From the NCBI GenBank assembly GCA_037131125.1, contig JBAXRR010000001.1, positions 73,345 through 124,385 on the forward strand: DNA of 51,041 bases. The letters are read 5' to 3'. This document shows positions 25,976 to 34,592 of the stretch, in pieces. The notes beneath the pieces were generated by a model. The model was not told the origin of the DNA, did no database searches, and worked only from the letters and a program-made list of their open reading frames with translations. How positions within the stretch are numbered: position 1 is the first letter of the stretch; every line of letters begins with the position of its first letter. A program made the translations under genes and the position numbers. The DNA comes from a bacterium. Lineage in GTDB: Bacteria > Patescibacteriota > Dojkabacteria > GCA-016699595 > JBAXKR01.

Positions 25976-28900
25976 TTAAACCCCTGCACTTCCATTATCT
26001 TGTTTTGTCGTAACATCATTTTGCTTGAATCTTCCTGCTAGTCCCCAAGTATTATTTGGCTCACTTAAATCACTATCTTTTTTCACTTCTGTACTACTTT
26101 GGGGGAGGTTAGCATATTTATTTGGGTTTGGAAAGCTCGAATTTGTATTAGTTGAATTACCTGATCCAGTAGGTGTATTCGTGACTGGAATACTTGTTAC
26201 AACATTATGTTTTCTAACTTCATTTACTGGAGTAACGGGAGCACTTGCTGGCATTGTCTTATTCACATCAAACTCCTTTTTTGTGTTGTATGAAAATGCT
26301 GGTTCATACTTGGTTTCAACCTTAGGTGAAGTATATGGAGTATTATTTGTCCCACTTGCTACAGCATTTGTTGGCGTAACTTTTGTAGGAGATGGTACTG
26401 GTGGTTTTGGAGAGTCATCACCCCCACTATCTTTTTTCTTCCATACTCTAAATATTATGAGAGGAATTACAAAGATTAGAAGTCCTGCGACACAAAGAAC
26501 TAGTAATAGTATTCCAAGTGCTTTTGAAATACTTCTTCCAAATACTGTAATTGTATTTGGATCTTGACTTACAGAAGATGCACTAGATGTAACACTAGAT
26601 GAAGTGTCTGAAGATATTACGAATTCCCATGTTTCTACTGCTTTCACTCCTGTATTGTCATAGTATTCTACATTTACTTTATGACTTCCAAGTGCAAGAT
26701 CTTTATCTAGAGTACAAGTAATATCTGGACTTGCATATTTACATAAAGTAGTTACTACTCTTTCATCTAATGTAATAGCAAGTTTTGTTTCATCTAATGT
26801 CTTTCCAGCTGGAAGAGCTAATTTTACAGTTATGTTTGGTCTTACTACTGTAATACTTTCTCCTGTTGCTGGAGTATGCGACACAACACTCACTGTACCT
26901 ATTGTATCTGCGTTTTGAATAACTATCTTATCAGAAAGTTTTTCTACAACATCATTTTTGTTATCTGTTACTACTAGTTTGATATAGTACTCACCGGACT
27001 TGTACTTAGTTGAGTCAAAGCTGAATGATTTATCTGTTGCTTTAAGGTCAGCAAGTTTTGTCCAAGTTGAACCATCTGAAGAAATATTTAAAGTCATAGA
27101 CTTTATTCCATTACTATCTGTTGCTGCCCATTTAAATACATAGGTTCCAGTTATGGTGTTTCCTGTTGGAAAAGCATCGAATGTAATTACAGATGGAGTG
27201 TTATCACTTGGAGAGAATGTTACTGAGAACATTTGAGGTGCACTTAATGCTCCTTTTGAGTCCTTTGCGGTTATTGAAACATCATATTTTCCTGATGTGG
27301 TTGTACTTCCAGATAGTGTTGAACCATTTAATGTTAACCAATCTGGTTTTTTATTCACAACAATACTCACTGCATCAGAATCTTGATCTGCTGTTTTAAC
27401 AGTATAGCTGAATACTTCTCCAACTTTTATATTTGTATTAGTCGGGTTTGAAATAATTGTTGGACTATGATTTGCATTCGAATTATTTTGAACTGTAATA
27501 GTACCAGAACTCCCAACTTTGAATGGGTCATTAAGTGTGTTTCTTACAAATACTCTTACACAGTATTCACCATCTGCAGTATTTCTTGTGTCCCAATCGG
27601 TATTCACGCTAGTAGCATTTATTAAAGTTTCATCAACAATCTTAGATTTATATGTTGTACAGTATTTATCCCAAAGCTCTATCTTATACCTTGTTAAATC
27701 ACAGCCATCTGCAATCTTCCAACTAATTGTAGTTGCTCCTTTTACAGTGTCCGAAGCTTTTGGAGTATATACGGTTGCAGAAAGGTTTGTACTAGCTCCG
27801 GATAATGCTTCATTTACTTTTACATTAATAGTTTTTGATGTCCTGTGAGAAGCACTACCAATATTGTATGCATTTAATACTACTGGAATTGTTGTTCCAA
27901 TGTCGCTCTCTTGAATATCTAATTTAACTGAATTCTTGTAGGTATAGTTAACAAATCCTGTTGTTCCGCTTATAGCGGATGGTGAGTCTACTTCAGTCAT
28001 TACTTTTTGAACATAGCTTTCAAGATTTTCAGACATTCTTGGATTATTTGAAGTTGTCCCTCCTGAACTCACTTCAAATGCTGTAACATCTCCATCTTTA
28101 TCATTTGCTGAAACATCAAATGAAACTGTTTTAGCACTTACATTATTATGACATTGCCTATCGTAGTTTAATGAGATTTCTGAATCAGTTACGATTACAG
28201 GATTAGCGTCTCCTGCACTAAAACATGCACTATCAGTCATGTAGTTATGCCATTTAGATTTTGCTCCACTTGGTGCTGCTGCTTCACAATTACCGGGAGT
28301 AGTAGAAAAAATAGGGTTTCTCATGATTGCATCCACAGCTATATCTGCTACAGATGATGGAGCCGTTTTTGAAGAAATAGCTAAAGTGAATGATAGAAGT
28401 CTAAATGATGACTGATCTTTTGGTATACCAAGAAACTTGATTGAATATGATTTCTCATTATCTGAAGATGTTAATGCTCTAGTAGAACTTAAATTAATTT
28501 TTCCTGAAACTGAATCAAGAGTGAAATTAAGAAAATTAGGTTTTTCAAGTATAACCAGCTTACTTATATTTCCTGTGTATATTGAGTTTGCCAAACATGC
28601 TTGAGGTGGTATATCTGCTGTACCTGATGTGCAGGTGTTTGATGAACAGTAGGATTTATCAACATCTTGTGGAAGGCAACGAATAATTGGGTAACCAGGA
28701 AGATTATAGTCGGAACCATCTGTTTTAAGTAGTTTTATAAACGTTGAAGAGTCTATACTATCTGCCTTATTTATATTATTAAGCTCCCCCACAGGTCTAG
28801 TTGCAACATACATTCCTGTTGTAATTCCAAGAATCATAAGTACCGTGAATACTGATTGTAGGGGTTTCTTAAATGCAAAGGATTCTAGGAAAAGAACTGC

Positions 28901-29161
28901 TTTTCTTAAACTTGGATCGTTTTTTTTATTGTTACTATTTTTTGTAGAATTATCTACTTCTTGCTCAGAAACTGGCAGTTTTTGTGATTTCATGTCCTCG
29001 TTAGATGAATTAATAATAGGTTTCTTGATTACTTGGTAGGAGTTAGATGGTAAATACACACTTCCATATTGTTTTTTTCTTCTTCTAAGTTCTTCGAGTA
29101 CTTCCTCTGCTGTAATTACTCTTAGTTTGTCTTTGTCGTCTTTCTTGTTTGTATTGTCCAT
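25976..29161 (-). CDS. Large (1,061 aa) doubly anchored surface protein with Ig/cadherin-like (He_PIG/CADG-type) and Big-like domains and a Pro-rich cytoplasmic tail
   Basis: N-proximal TM VFTVLMILGITTGMYVA. A dystroglycan-type cadherin-like module reads HSPTIISNPTNTNIKVGEVFSYTVKTADQDSDAVSIVVNKKPDWLTLNGSTLSG...YDVSITAKDSKG. Two related beta-sandwich domains end in DGEYCVRVFVRN and SGEYYIKLVVTDN. C-proximal TM ALGILLLVLCVAGLLIFVIPLIIF is followed by a PKPPVPSPTKVTP-rich tail. Confidence 0.85.
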   Translation of the reverse strand: MDNTNKKDDKDKLRVITAEEVLEELRRRKKQYGSVYLPSNSYQVIKKPIINSSNEDMKSQKLPVSEQEVDNSTKNSNNKKNDPSLRKAVLFLESFAFKKPLQSVFTVLMILGITTGMYVATRPVGELNNINKADSIDSSTFIKLLKTDGSDYNLPGYPIIRCLPQDVDKSYCSSNTCTSGTADIPPQACLANSIYTGNISKLVILEKPNFLNFTLDSVSGKINLSSTRALTSSDNEKSYSIKFLGIPKDQSSFRLLSFTLAISSKTAPSSVADIAVDAIMRNPIFSTTPGNCEAAAPSGAKSKWHNYMTDSACFSAGDANPVIVTDSEISLNYDRQCHNNVSAKTVSFDVSANDKDGDVTAFEVSSGGTTSNNPRMSENLESYVQKVMTEVDSPSAISGTTGFVNYTYKNSVKLDIQESDIGTTIPVVLNAYNIGSASHRTSKTINVKVNEALSGASTNLSATVYTPKASDTVKGATTISWKIADGCDLTRYKIELWDKYCTTYKSKIVDETLINATSVNTDWDTRNTADGEYCVRVFVRNTLNDPFKVGSSGTITVQNNSNANHSPTIISNPTNTNIKVGEVFSYTVKTADQDSDAVSIVVNKKPDWLTLNGSTLSGSTTTSGKYDVSITAKDSKGALSAPQMFSVTFSPSDNTPSVITFDAFPTGNTITGTYVFKWAATDSNGIKSMTLNISSDGSTWTKLADLKATDKSFSFDSTKYKSGEYYIKLVVTDNKNDVVEKLSDKIVIQNADTIGTVSVVSHTPATGESITVVRPNITVKLALPAGKTLDETKLAITLDERVVTTLCKYASPDITCTLDKDLALGSHKVNVEYYDNTGVKAVETWEFVISSDTSSSVTSSASSVSQDPNTITVFGRSISKALGILLLVLCVAGLLIFVIPLIIFRVWKKKDSGGDDSPKPPVPSPTKVTPTNAVASGTNNTPYTSPKVETKYEPAFSYNTKKEFDVNKTMPASAPVTPVNEVRKHNVVTSIPVTNTPTGSGNSTNTNSSFPNPNKYANLPQSSTEVKKDSDLSEPNNTWGLAGRFKQNDVTTKQDNGSAGV

Positions 29162-29176
29162 GTGTATATAATTAAA

Positions 29177-30571
29177 TTATTTGGTACTTGTAGCTGAAGA
29201 ACTTAGATTAGATACAGGTGAATTTTTGTTAGCTATTATTGCGTCTACTTTCGTTGCTATTCCAGATAGTATTGATCCAGCAGACCCAGTTGAAAGTGGT
29301 GAACTTCCAGAAGATGAGTCTATATCTGTTTTGAATATAGCTGAAACAGATTCTTTGTCATACATTTTCCAAGTTTTTGCTGTTGGCATCATCTTAGAAA
29401 ATGCATCTGTAAATGGAACTGCTGAAAGGTTAGTGACCATATCGCTTCTAGGATAAAACTCACCTGTTACTCTTTCTGCTTTTTCAGTATCGTTTAATAG
29501 TTTTAAAGTCTCAGGTGTTGTTAAGAACTTTAAGAAATCCCATGATTCTTGTTTGTATGAAGAAATACTAGAAACAGAATATCCCCAGAAGTCTGCATAA
29601 TCTACTCTTCCTGTTCCACTAAAATTTGCAAGTTGAGGTACAGGTGCTATGTCAAAATCTAACGTAGGATTTGCTTTCTTTATACTGTCTGCTCTCCAAA
29701 GAGGAGCAAACATCATCGCAAGTCTTCCTTCTGCAAACATAGTTATATCTCTAGGTAATGTCTTATTCCATCCTTTATCTACTGTTGCAAAATCTGTATA
29801 AAACTTAAGAGCTGAAGATGCTGCTGCATCAGTTCCGAATGTTGTCAAACCAGTGGTTGGATCTGTCATAGTTGCTCCATTTTGAAGCATTAACATAGAA
29901 AGTATTTCATAAGAAAAATCTACATTATTCATTGTTCCCATTCCTACTCCACCTACTAATATATTTCCATTAGAGTCAAACCTTGTAAGTTTCTTTGCCT
30001 GATCTTTAAACTGATCCCAGTTCTCTGCTGGAAGTGTATATCCTTTATCTGTTAATAGTTTTTTGTTGTAGTACACTCCAAGTCCATCTATTCCTATTGG
30101 GAGTGCATATGAATTGTTTTTATATGTAAATGAATCTGAAACTGCTGGGAAAAAAGTATTAGTATATTGAGAGGAAGTAAAGGTAGTCGTTGGAACTGGA
30201 GTCATATATTTACTAAAATCTTCAGTCCAAGAGTTATGAATCATGAAGATATCTGGAACTTGTTGAGAATTACCTTCAGCTAGACGACTTTTTAAGGTGC
30301 TTTTGTAGTTTGAACTTATCTGTTCCCTGTTAGAATAACTGACTGTAATGTTGGGTTTAACTTTCTTGTAAGCATCTATTGCACTCTTCATTATTCCCTC
30401 ATTTTCCCAAAGCCCCCATATTCTAAGAGTTGCACTAGTATCTGTAGATGGTATTGCACTCGACTGATTTCTAATGGCGTTAATAACAACGACGCCAACG
30501 CCTACAACTCCCAGTATTCCGATAACTATCACTGAGATCAATATTATTTTCTTTATTTTCTCTGTATCCAT
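29177..30571 (-). CDS. ABC transporter extracellular solute-binding protein (family 1, sugar-type), orphan
   Basis: N-terminal anchor ILISVIVIGILGVVGVGVVVI, then LRIWGLWENEGIMKSAIDAYKKVKPNITVSY, typical of SBP_bac_1. The track start at 30577 is a TTG; the ATG at 30571 (MDTEKIKK...) is more likely. No permease or ATPase gene is adjacent. Confidence 0.85.
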   Translation of the reverse strand: MDTEKIKKIILISVIVIGILGVVGVGVVVINAIRNQSSAIPSTDTSATLRIWGLWENEGIMKSAIDAYKKVKPNITVSYSNREQISSNYKSTLKSRLAEGNSQQVPDIFMIHNSWTEDFSKYMTPVPTTTFTSSQYTNTFFPAVSDSFTYKNNSYALPIGIDGLGVYYNKKLLTDKGYTLPAENWDQFKDQAKKLTRFDSNGNILVGGVGMGTMNNVDFSYEILSMLMLQNGATMTDPTTGLTTFGTDAAASSALKFYTDFATVDKGWNKTLPRDITMFAEGRLAMMFAPLWRADSIKKANPTLDFDIAPVPQLANFSGTGRVDYADFWGYSVSSISSYKQESWDFLKFLTTPETLKLLNDTEKAERVTGEFYPRSDMVTNLSAVPFTDAFSKMMPTAKTWKMYDKESVSAIFKTDIDSSSGSSPLSTGSAGSILSGIATKVDAIIANKNSPVSNLSSSATSTK

Positions 30572-30598
30572 GGGCAATATCTAATTTGTATAAATCTA

Positions 30599-30868
30599 TC
30601 ACTTTACAAAAATCATGGCAAACAAATTGTACCTGTATGCTATGTAAAGCACGACTAGAGCTAAAACAAAAAAGATTGCAGTTTTGATAATGTCTCTCTT
30701 TATATATTTTGTATTTAATACTTCATTTGAATCCACTTTCTTAGGAGCATCTTTATTTATCTCTTCTTTCTTAACTTCCACTGCTTTCTTGTTCTCTAAC
30801 TCTGCTTCTTTGGCACTTTCTTCATAAAGAAGTTTTATCTTTTTTATGTTCTTCGAGTTTCTGATCAT
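30599..30868 (-). CDS. Small Lys/Glu-rich protein with a C-terminal transmembrane helix
   Basis: The track ORF begins at a TTG (30925). The first ATG (30868) gives MIRNSKNIKKIKLLYEE...TAIFFVLALVVLYIAY. It is first in the SBP operon. No homology recognised. Confidence 0.5.
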   Translation of the reverse strand: MIRNSKNIKKIKLLYEESAKEAELENKKAVEVKKEEINKDAPKKVDSNEVLNTKYIKRDIIKTAIFFVLALVVLYIAYRYNLFAMIFVK

Positions 30869-30975
30869 ATTTATTGGGTTAATATTTGTTAGGGGTATTG
30901 TATTTATACTGAAAGTATTTTGCAAAAAATTATTGGGGAGTATAAGATTGAGAAGATAAATATTTTAATAATATT

Positions 30976-32358
30976 ATGAAGTTCCTTTTTAATTCGAAAT
31001 CTGAAAAACAAAAAGAAAATATTACAGAGAATAAAGGATTTGAGAGTAAGTTTACTAATACTAATAGTGTAACTACACCAGTTGTTAGTCAAAATACAGA
31101 TGTAAAGACAAGTGCTCAGGTTACTCCTACTCTAGATGCTAATGGAAAGGTTGTTAAAACAAGTAAAGTATTAGAATTTCTAAAGAAGCATAAAGGTTTA
31201 ATAATTATGGTTCTTTTTATCCCTATTAGTATAGTCTTAGTTATTCTAGCTCTTTACTATGTTGTACTTGGTAGTGCTAGTAAATCTAATCTCCCAGGAA
31301 TGGATACATCTTTTGCGTTAGTAGAATCTAAAGTGAAAGAATTCAATCCTAAAGATTTTTACTATACTGTCCCCCTTTCTGAAGTTACAGTGAGAGATAA
31401 ACAAAATCCATTTAATGGTGAACTATTAACATCTGAACAATATAAGGCACTATCGGTATATAGACCTATCGCTGTTAGTACAGATAATCAGCAAGATGCA
31501 AAACCACAAAGTGGAGTAAGTGAAGCAGATATTGTATATGAACTTCCAGTTGAAGGAGGAATAAGTAGATACTTAGCTTTTTACTGGTCATCTTTCCCAA
31601 AGAGTATGGGACCTGTAAGAAGTTTTAGACCATACTTTGGAGATATTGTTCAAGAATATGATGCACTTCTTTACCATATTGGGCAGTCAGAAATATCTGA
31701 TGCAGCTTTGCAAACTAATCCTGAGCTTACAGTTTATGACAGCTCTATATATTTTAGTCAGAATAATATTAAGAGAACTAGCTGTGGATATGTAAGAGAC
31801 GCTGAAAGAATTAAGAATCAGGTTGCTATTGAACATACTGCATATATATCTGTAGACAACTTAAGATCATGTGTTAGTGAGTCAGATTACAAAGGACTCT
31901 CTACAATAACTGCACTTAAATATAAGCCAGATATGGACTACTCATTAAGATCTAATAATTCAAGTGCAACAATTTACTTTGGGTCAGGTGGTGGAAGTAC
32001 TGGGAATAGATCTGAATGGGTATATAACAGAACTGAGAATAACTATAGAAAAGTAATAGATGGGAAAGATGATATAGACAGAAATAATTCTCAATCTATC
32101 AAAGTTAAGAATTTAATTATTGAAATAGCTCCAATTAAATCTGACTATAATTCAGCAGGAAGATTATCTATTAATATAGTTGGACAAGGAAAAGCTATAT
32201 TCATGTTAGATGGTAAAGTAGTAGAAGGTATCTGGCAAAAAGATAGTAAAACAGCAAGAACTAAATACTATAAATCTGATGGATCTGAATTAGAATTAAA
32301 TAGAGGTAAGATTTGGGTAAGCATAATTGGTAATGATTCTAAATACCAAGTACAATAA
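30976..32358 (+). CDS. DUF3048 (YerB-like) domain protein, membrane anchored
   Basis: 460 aa. TM LIIMVLFIPISIVLVILALYYVV. The core PIAVSTDNQQDAKPQSGVSEADIVYELPVEGGISRYLAFYWS matches the conserved DUF3048 N-domain signature as I remember it (AVxIDN...ARPQSGL..ADIVYE...EGGITR). Confidence 0.8.
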   Translation: MKFLFNSKSEKQKENITENKGFESKFTNTNSVTTPVVSQNTDVKTSAQVTPTLDANGKVVKTSKVLEFLKKHKGLIIMVLFIPISIVLVILALYYVVLGSASKSNLPGMDTSFALVESKVKEFNPKDFYYTVPLSEVTVRDKQNPFNGELLTSEQYKALSVYRPIAVSTDNQQDAKPQSGVSEADIVYELPVEGGISRYLAFYWSSFPKSMGPVRSFRPYFGDIVQEYDALLYHIGQSEISDAALQTNPELTVYDSSIYFSQNNIKRTSCGYVRDAERIKNQVAIEHTAYISVDNLRSCVSESDYKGLSTITALKYKPDMDYSLRSNNSSATIYFGSGGGSTGNRSEWVYNRTENNYRKVIDGKDDIDRNNSQSIKVKNLIIEIAPIKSDYNSAGRLSINIVGQGKAIFMLDGKVVEGIWQKDSKTARTKYYKSDGSELELNRGKIWVSIIGNDSKYQVQ

Positions 32359-32381
32359 CTTTTTTATGTAAGTAAATATCA

Positions 32382-33575
32382 ATGGCAACATTAGGTGATA
32401 CAACAAGAAATACAAGAAGGTTTGTAATAGGCTTTGGTGCCTTTGTAATTCTTGCAGTAATTATTAATACATGTGCAGGAATTCTAAGTTGTAATAGTTT
32501 AGGTGGAAGACTTTTTGGTTGTACTCCCCCAGGGTTAGTTCCAGTTTCAAAAGAAGATAGACTATTCGGAGATTTACCATTAATTAACATTCCTTCTTTG
32601 ACTTTAGCACCAACTGCTACACCTGTCTTTAGTTTGGAAACACAAACAGGGAAACTTCCTACAGATCTTCCACTTTTTAGTTACGTGTATAAATATAAGG
32701 AGCCAAGGCAAACATTAACATCAAGAGATGAAGCAATTTCACAAGCAAGTTCACTTGGTTTTACATCAGATCCAGTTGAACTAAATTCAACTGAACTTAA
32801 GTGGTTATCCCCAGGGAATAAATCTTTAACATTAGATAAGATATCTAAATCCGTGCTATTGGAATCTGATTTTACAAAGAATAATGATGCTAAGACTGTT
32901 AAACCATTTACGAGTTACCAATCTACTTATGAATCTACTGCTTTGTCATATGGACTAAGTACAGGAGCATTTAATACGAACTTTAATAGTGCAAAAACTA
33001 CTTCAAATTATCTTATATATGATGATAACTACCAACTAAAGAAATCTAAATCTCCAGATACGACTGAGGTCGTACTTGTCAATTTCTACAAGAAATTTCA
33101 GCTAGATCCAAATACTGTTGTAACAACCACAAATTCTAATCAAGTAGATCCAGAAAAGCTTACAGAAGTATTAGGGATAAATCCAAAGATAGCAGATACT
33201 AGAATTATTATGGGAACAAATACCAGCACTATATATTATATGTCCAGCAAGAACTGGTATGTTGAACCTGCATCGAGAGGAGTATATAGCACGATAAGTG
33301 TAAGTGGAGCTTGGGATACTGTACAGTCAGGAAAAGGAAGTCTAGTCTACATTAAAAAGTTAGATAATGACTATATTGATCCTGAATACTCACCATTAGA
33401 TGTTGCAAACTTTTATGTAATAGACATCTCTATGAAGTTCTATGAATCTCTAAATTTTCAAAACTACTTGATTCCTATATATGTTTTCACAGGTAATGCA
33501 AGACTTAAGGATGGTTCAAATGCAGAGTTCGTAATATATACCCCAGCAGTTATTATGAAAGATACTTCTAAGTAA
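32382..33575 (+). CDS. Hypothetical N-terminally anchored extracytoplasmic protein (397 aa)
   Basis: ORF 23 nt after the DUF3048 gene. N-terminal helix FVIGFGAFVILAVIINTCAGIL. The remainder is Ser/Thr/Asn-rich and looks beta-type. No motif recognised. Confidence 0.7.
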   Translation: MATLGDTTRNTRRFVIGFGAFVILAVIINTCAGILSCNSLGGRLFGCTPPGLVPVSKEDRLFGDLPLINIPSLTLAPTATPVFSLETQTGKLPTDLPLFSYVYKYKEPRQTLTSRDEAISQASSLGFTSDPVELNSTELKWLSPGNKSLTLDKISKSVLLESDFTKNNDAKTVKPFTSYQSTYESTALSYGLSTGAFNTNFNSAKTTSNYLIYDDNYQLKKSKSPDTTEVVLVNFYKKFQLDPNTVVTTTNSNQVDPEKLTEVLGINPKIADTRIIMGTNTSTIYYMSSKNWYVEPASRGVYSTISVSGAWDTVQSGKGSLVYIKKLDNDYIDPEYSPLDVANFYVIDISMKFYESLNFQNYLIPIYVFTGNARLKDGSNAEFVIYTPAVIMKDTSK

Positions 33576-33596
33576 GAGATATACATACTACCCTAG

Positions 33597-34592
33597 CTAA
33601 TATCCATATATTATTCTAGATGGACTTACTATTGGAAGTAACACTTCGTTTAATGAAGATTTATCACTTAGGATTACAAATGGTATTAAATAGTTATCCT
33701 TAGAGGGAAGATAAACATATTCAATATTTGTTAATAGTAAAGTCTTATCTGTCGGATAGTTAGGAAGATATATTCCATTTGTATTAATAAAGCTTTCATT
33801 AAGAACATCAGTACTTAAGTTTAAGTAATCTAGATAAGAATTAGTACTTGTAATATTGTAGTTAGAAATACTTGAAGCATTTACACTTATACTTAACAAA
33901 TCATTAGCCTTATTAAAGCTCATAGATATTATTCCAGTTCCACTATTGAATATATATGAAAAATCTTTTACTTTTGGAAATAGAGATAATGTCTGTATCT
34001 CACCATTAGTTTTATCTGAAACAATATATTCCCCTGCTCCAGTTTTGTTGTAGCTTTCTTTAGTTGTAAAATTAGATGAATCTAGCGTTACTCCAAATGT
34101 TTTAAGATATTCTAATCCCTTCTTAGAGTTGTTATCTGGTGTTCCAAATCCAAATACATCGGATTGTTTTACAACATTAAAGTTAATTTGTATTCCATTA
34201 CTATCTATTAATAACTTTGTGTTGTTGTCTATAGAGTAGTCTATTACTTCTTTTGAAGTATCTAGTTTGTATTTATCTACCAATACTTTCTTAAGATTAA
34301 TAGTATCTTTAAGTTCATATTTATACATAGGTAAACTAGATGTACCAATTAATGAGTTATTAGTAATAGAGCTAGATAAAGTATATTTAAAAGGCTGAGA
34401 ATTAAACTTGGTAAGGAATACTGTATCCAAGTATTTGTTAGTTTTTACAACTTGAGTAACATCTGTTCCTGAAGAGAATATAAAGAATAAGGTGACGATA
34501 ACTCCAAAGATAATTACTAATCCAATTGCAGATAATATTAAAATTACTTTTCTATCTATTGTTTGTTTCTTTTTATTTGGTACAACTTCCAT
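33597..34592 (-). CDS. Hypothetical N-terminally anchored extracytoplasmic protein (331 aa)
   Basis: The ATG at 34592 overlaps the last 20 nt of the 1,927-aa gene, so the two are co-transcribed. TM VILILSAIGLVIIFGVIVTLFFIF. No motif recognised. Confidence 0.7.
   Translation of the reverse strand: MEVVPNKKKQTIDRKVILILSAIGLVIIFGVIVTLFFIFSSGTDVTQVVKTNKYLDTVFLTKFNSQPFKYTLSSSITNNSLIGTSSLPMYKYELKDTINLKKVLVDKYKLDTSKEVIDYSIDNNTKLLIDSNGIQINFNVVKQSDVFGFGTPDNNSKKGLEYLKTFGVTLDSSNFTTKESYNKTGAGEYIVSDKTNGEIQTLSLFPKVKDFSYIFNSGTGIISMSFNKANDLLSISVNASSISNYNITSTNSYLDYLNLSTDVLNESFINTNGIYLPNYPTDKTLLLTNIEYVYLPSKDNYLIPFVILSDKSSLNEVLLPIVSPSRIIYGY

Noticed and set aside
26025-26567. 180-aa plus-strand ORF
   Set aside because: It is antisense to the Pro/Thr/Ser-rich tail and TM region of the 1,061-aa gene. 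The minus-strand reading gives a coherent domain architecture. The plus-strand ORF is a compositional shadow.
30869-30975. TTG-extended starts (30925 for the small membrane protein; likewise 30577 for the SBP and 25900 for the aminotransferase) and the 62-aa ORF 30904..31092
   Set aside because: In each case an ATG lies a few codons downstream and gives a sensible N-terminus. The 30925 extension would consume the divergent promoter region: TTGCAA at 30920-30925 with TACAAT 17 nt downstream on the minus strand. The 62-aa ORF overlaps the start of the DUF3048 gene antisense and has no support.
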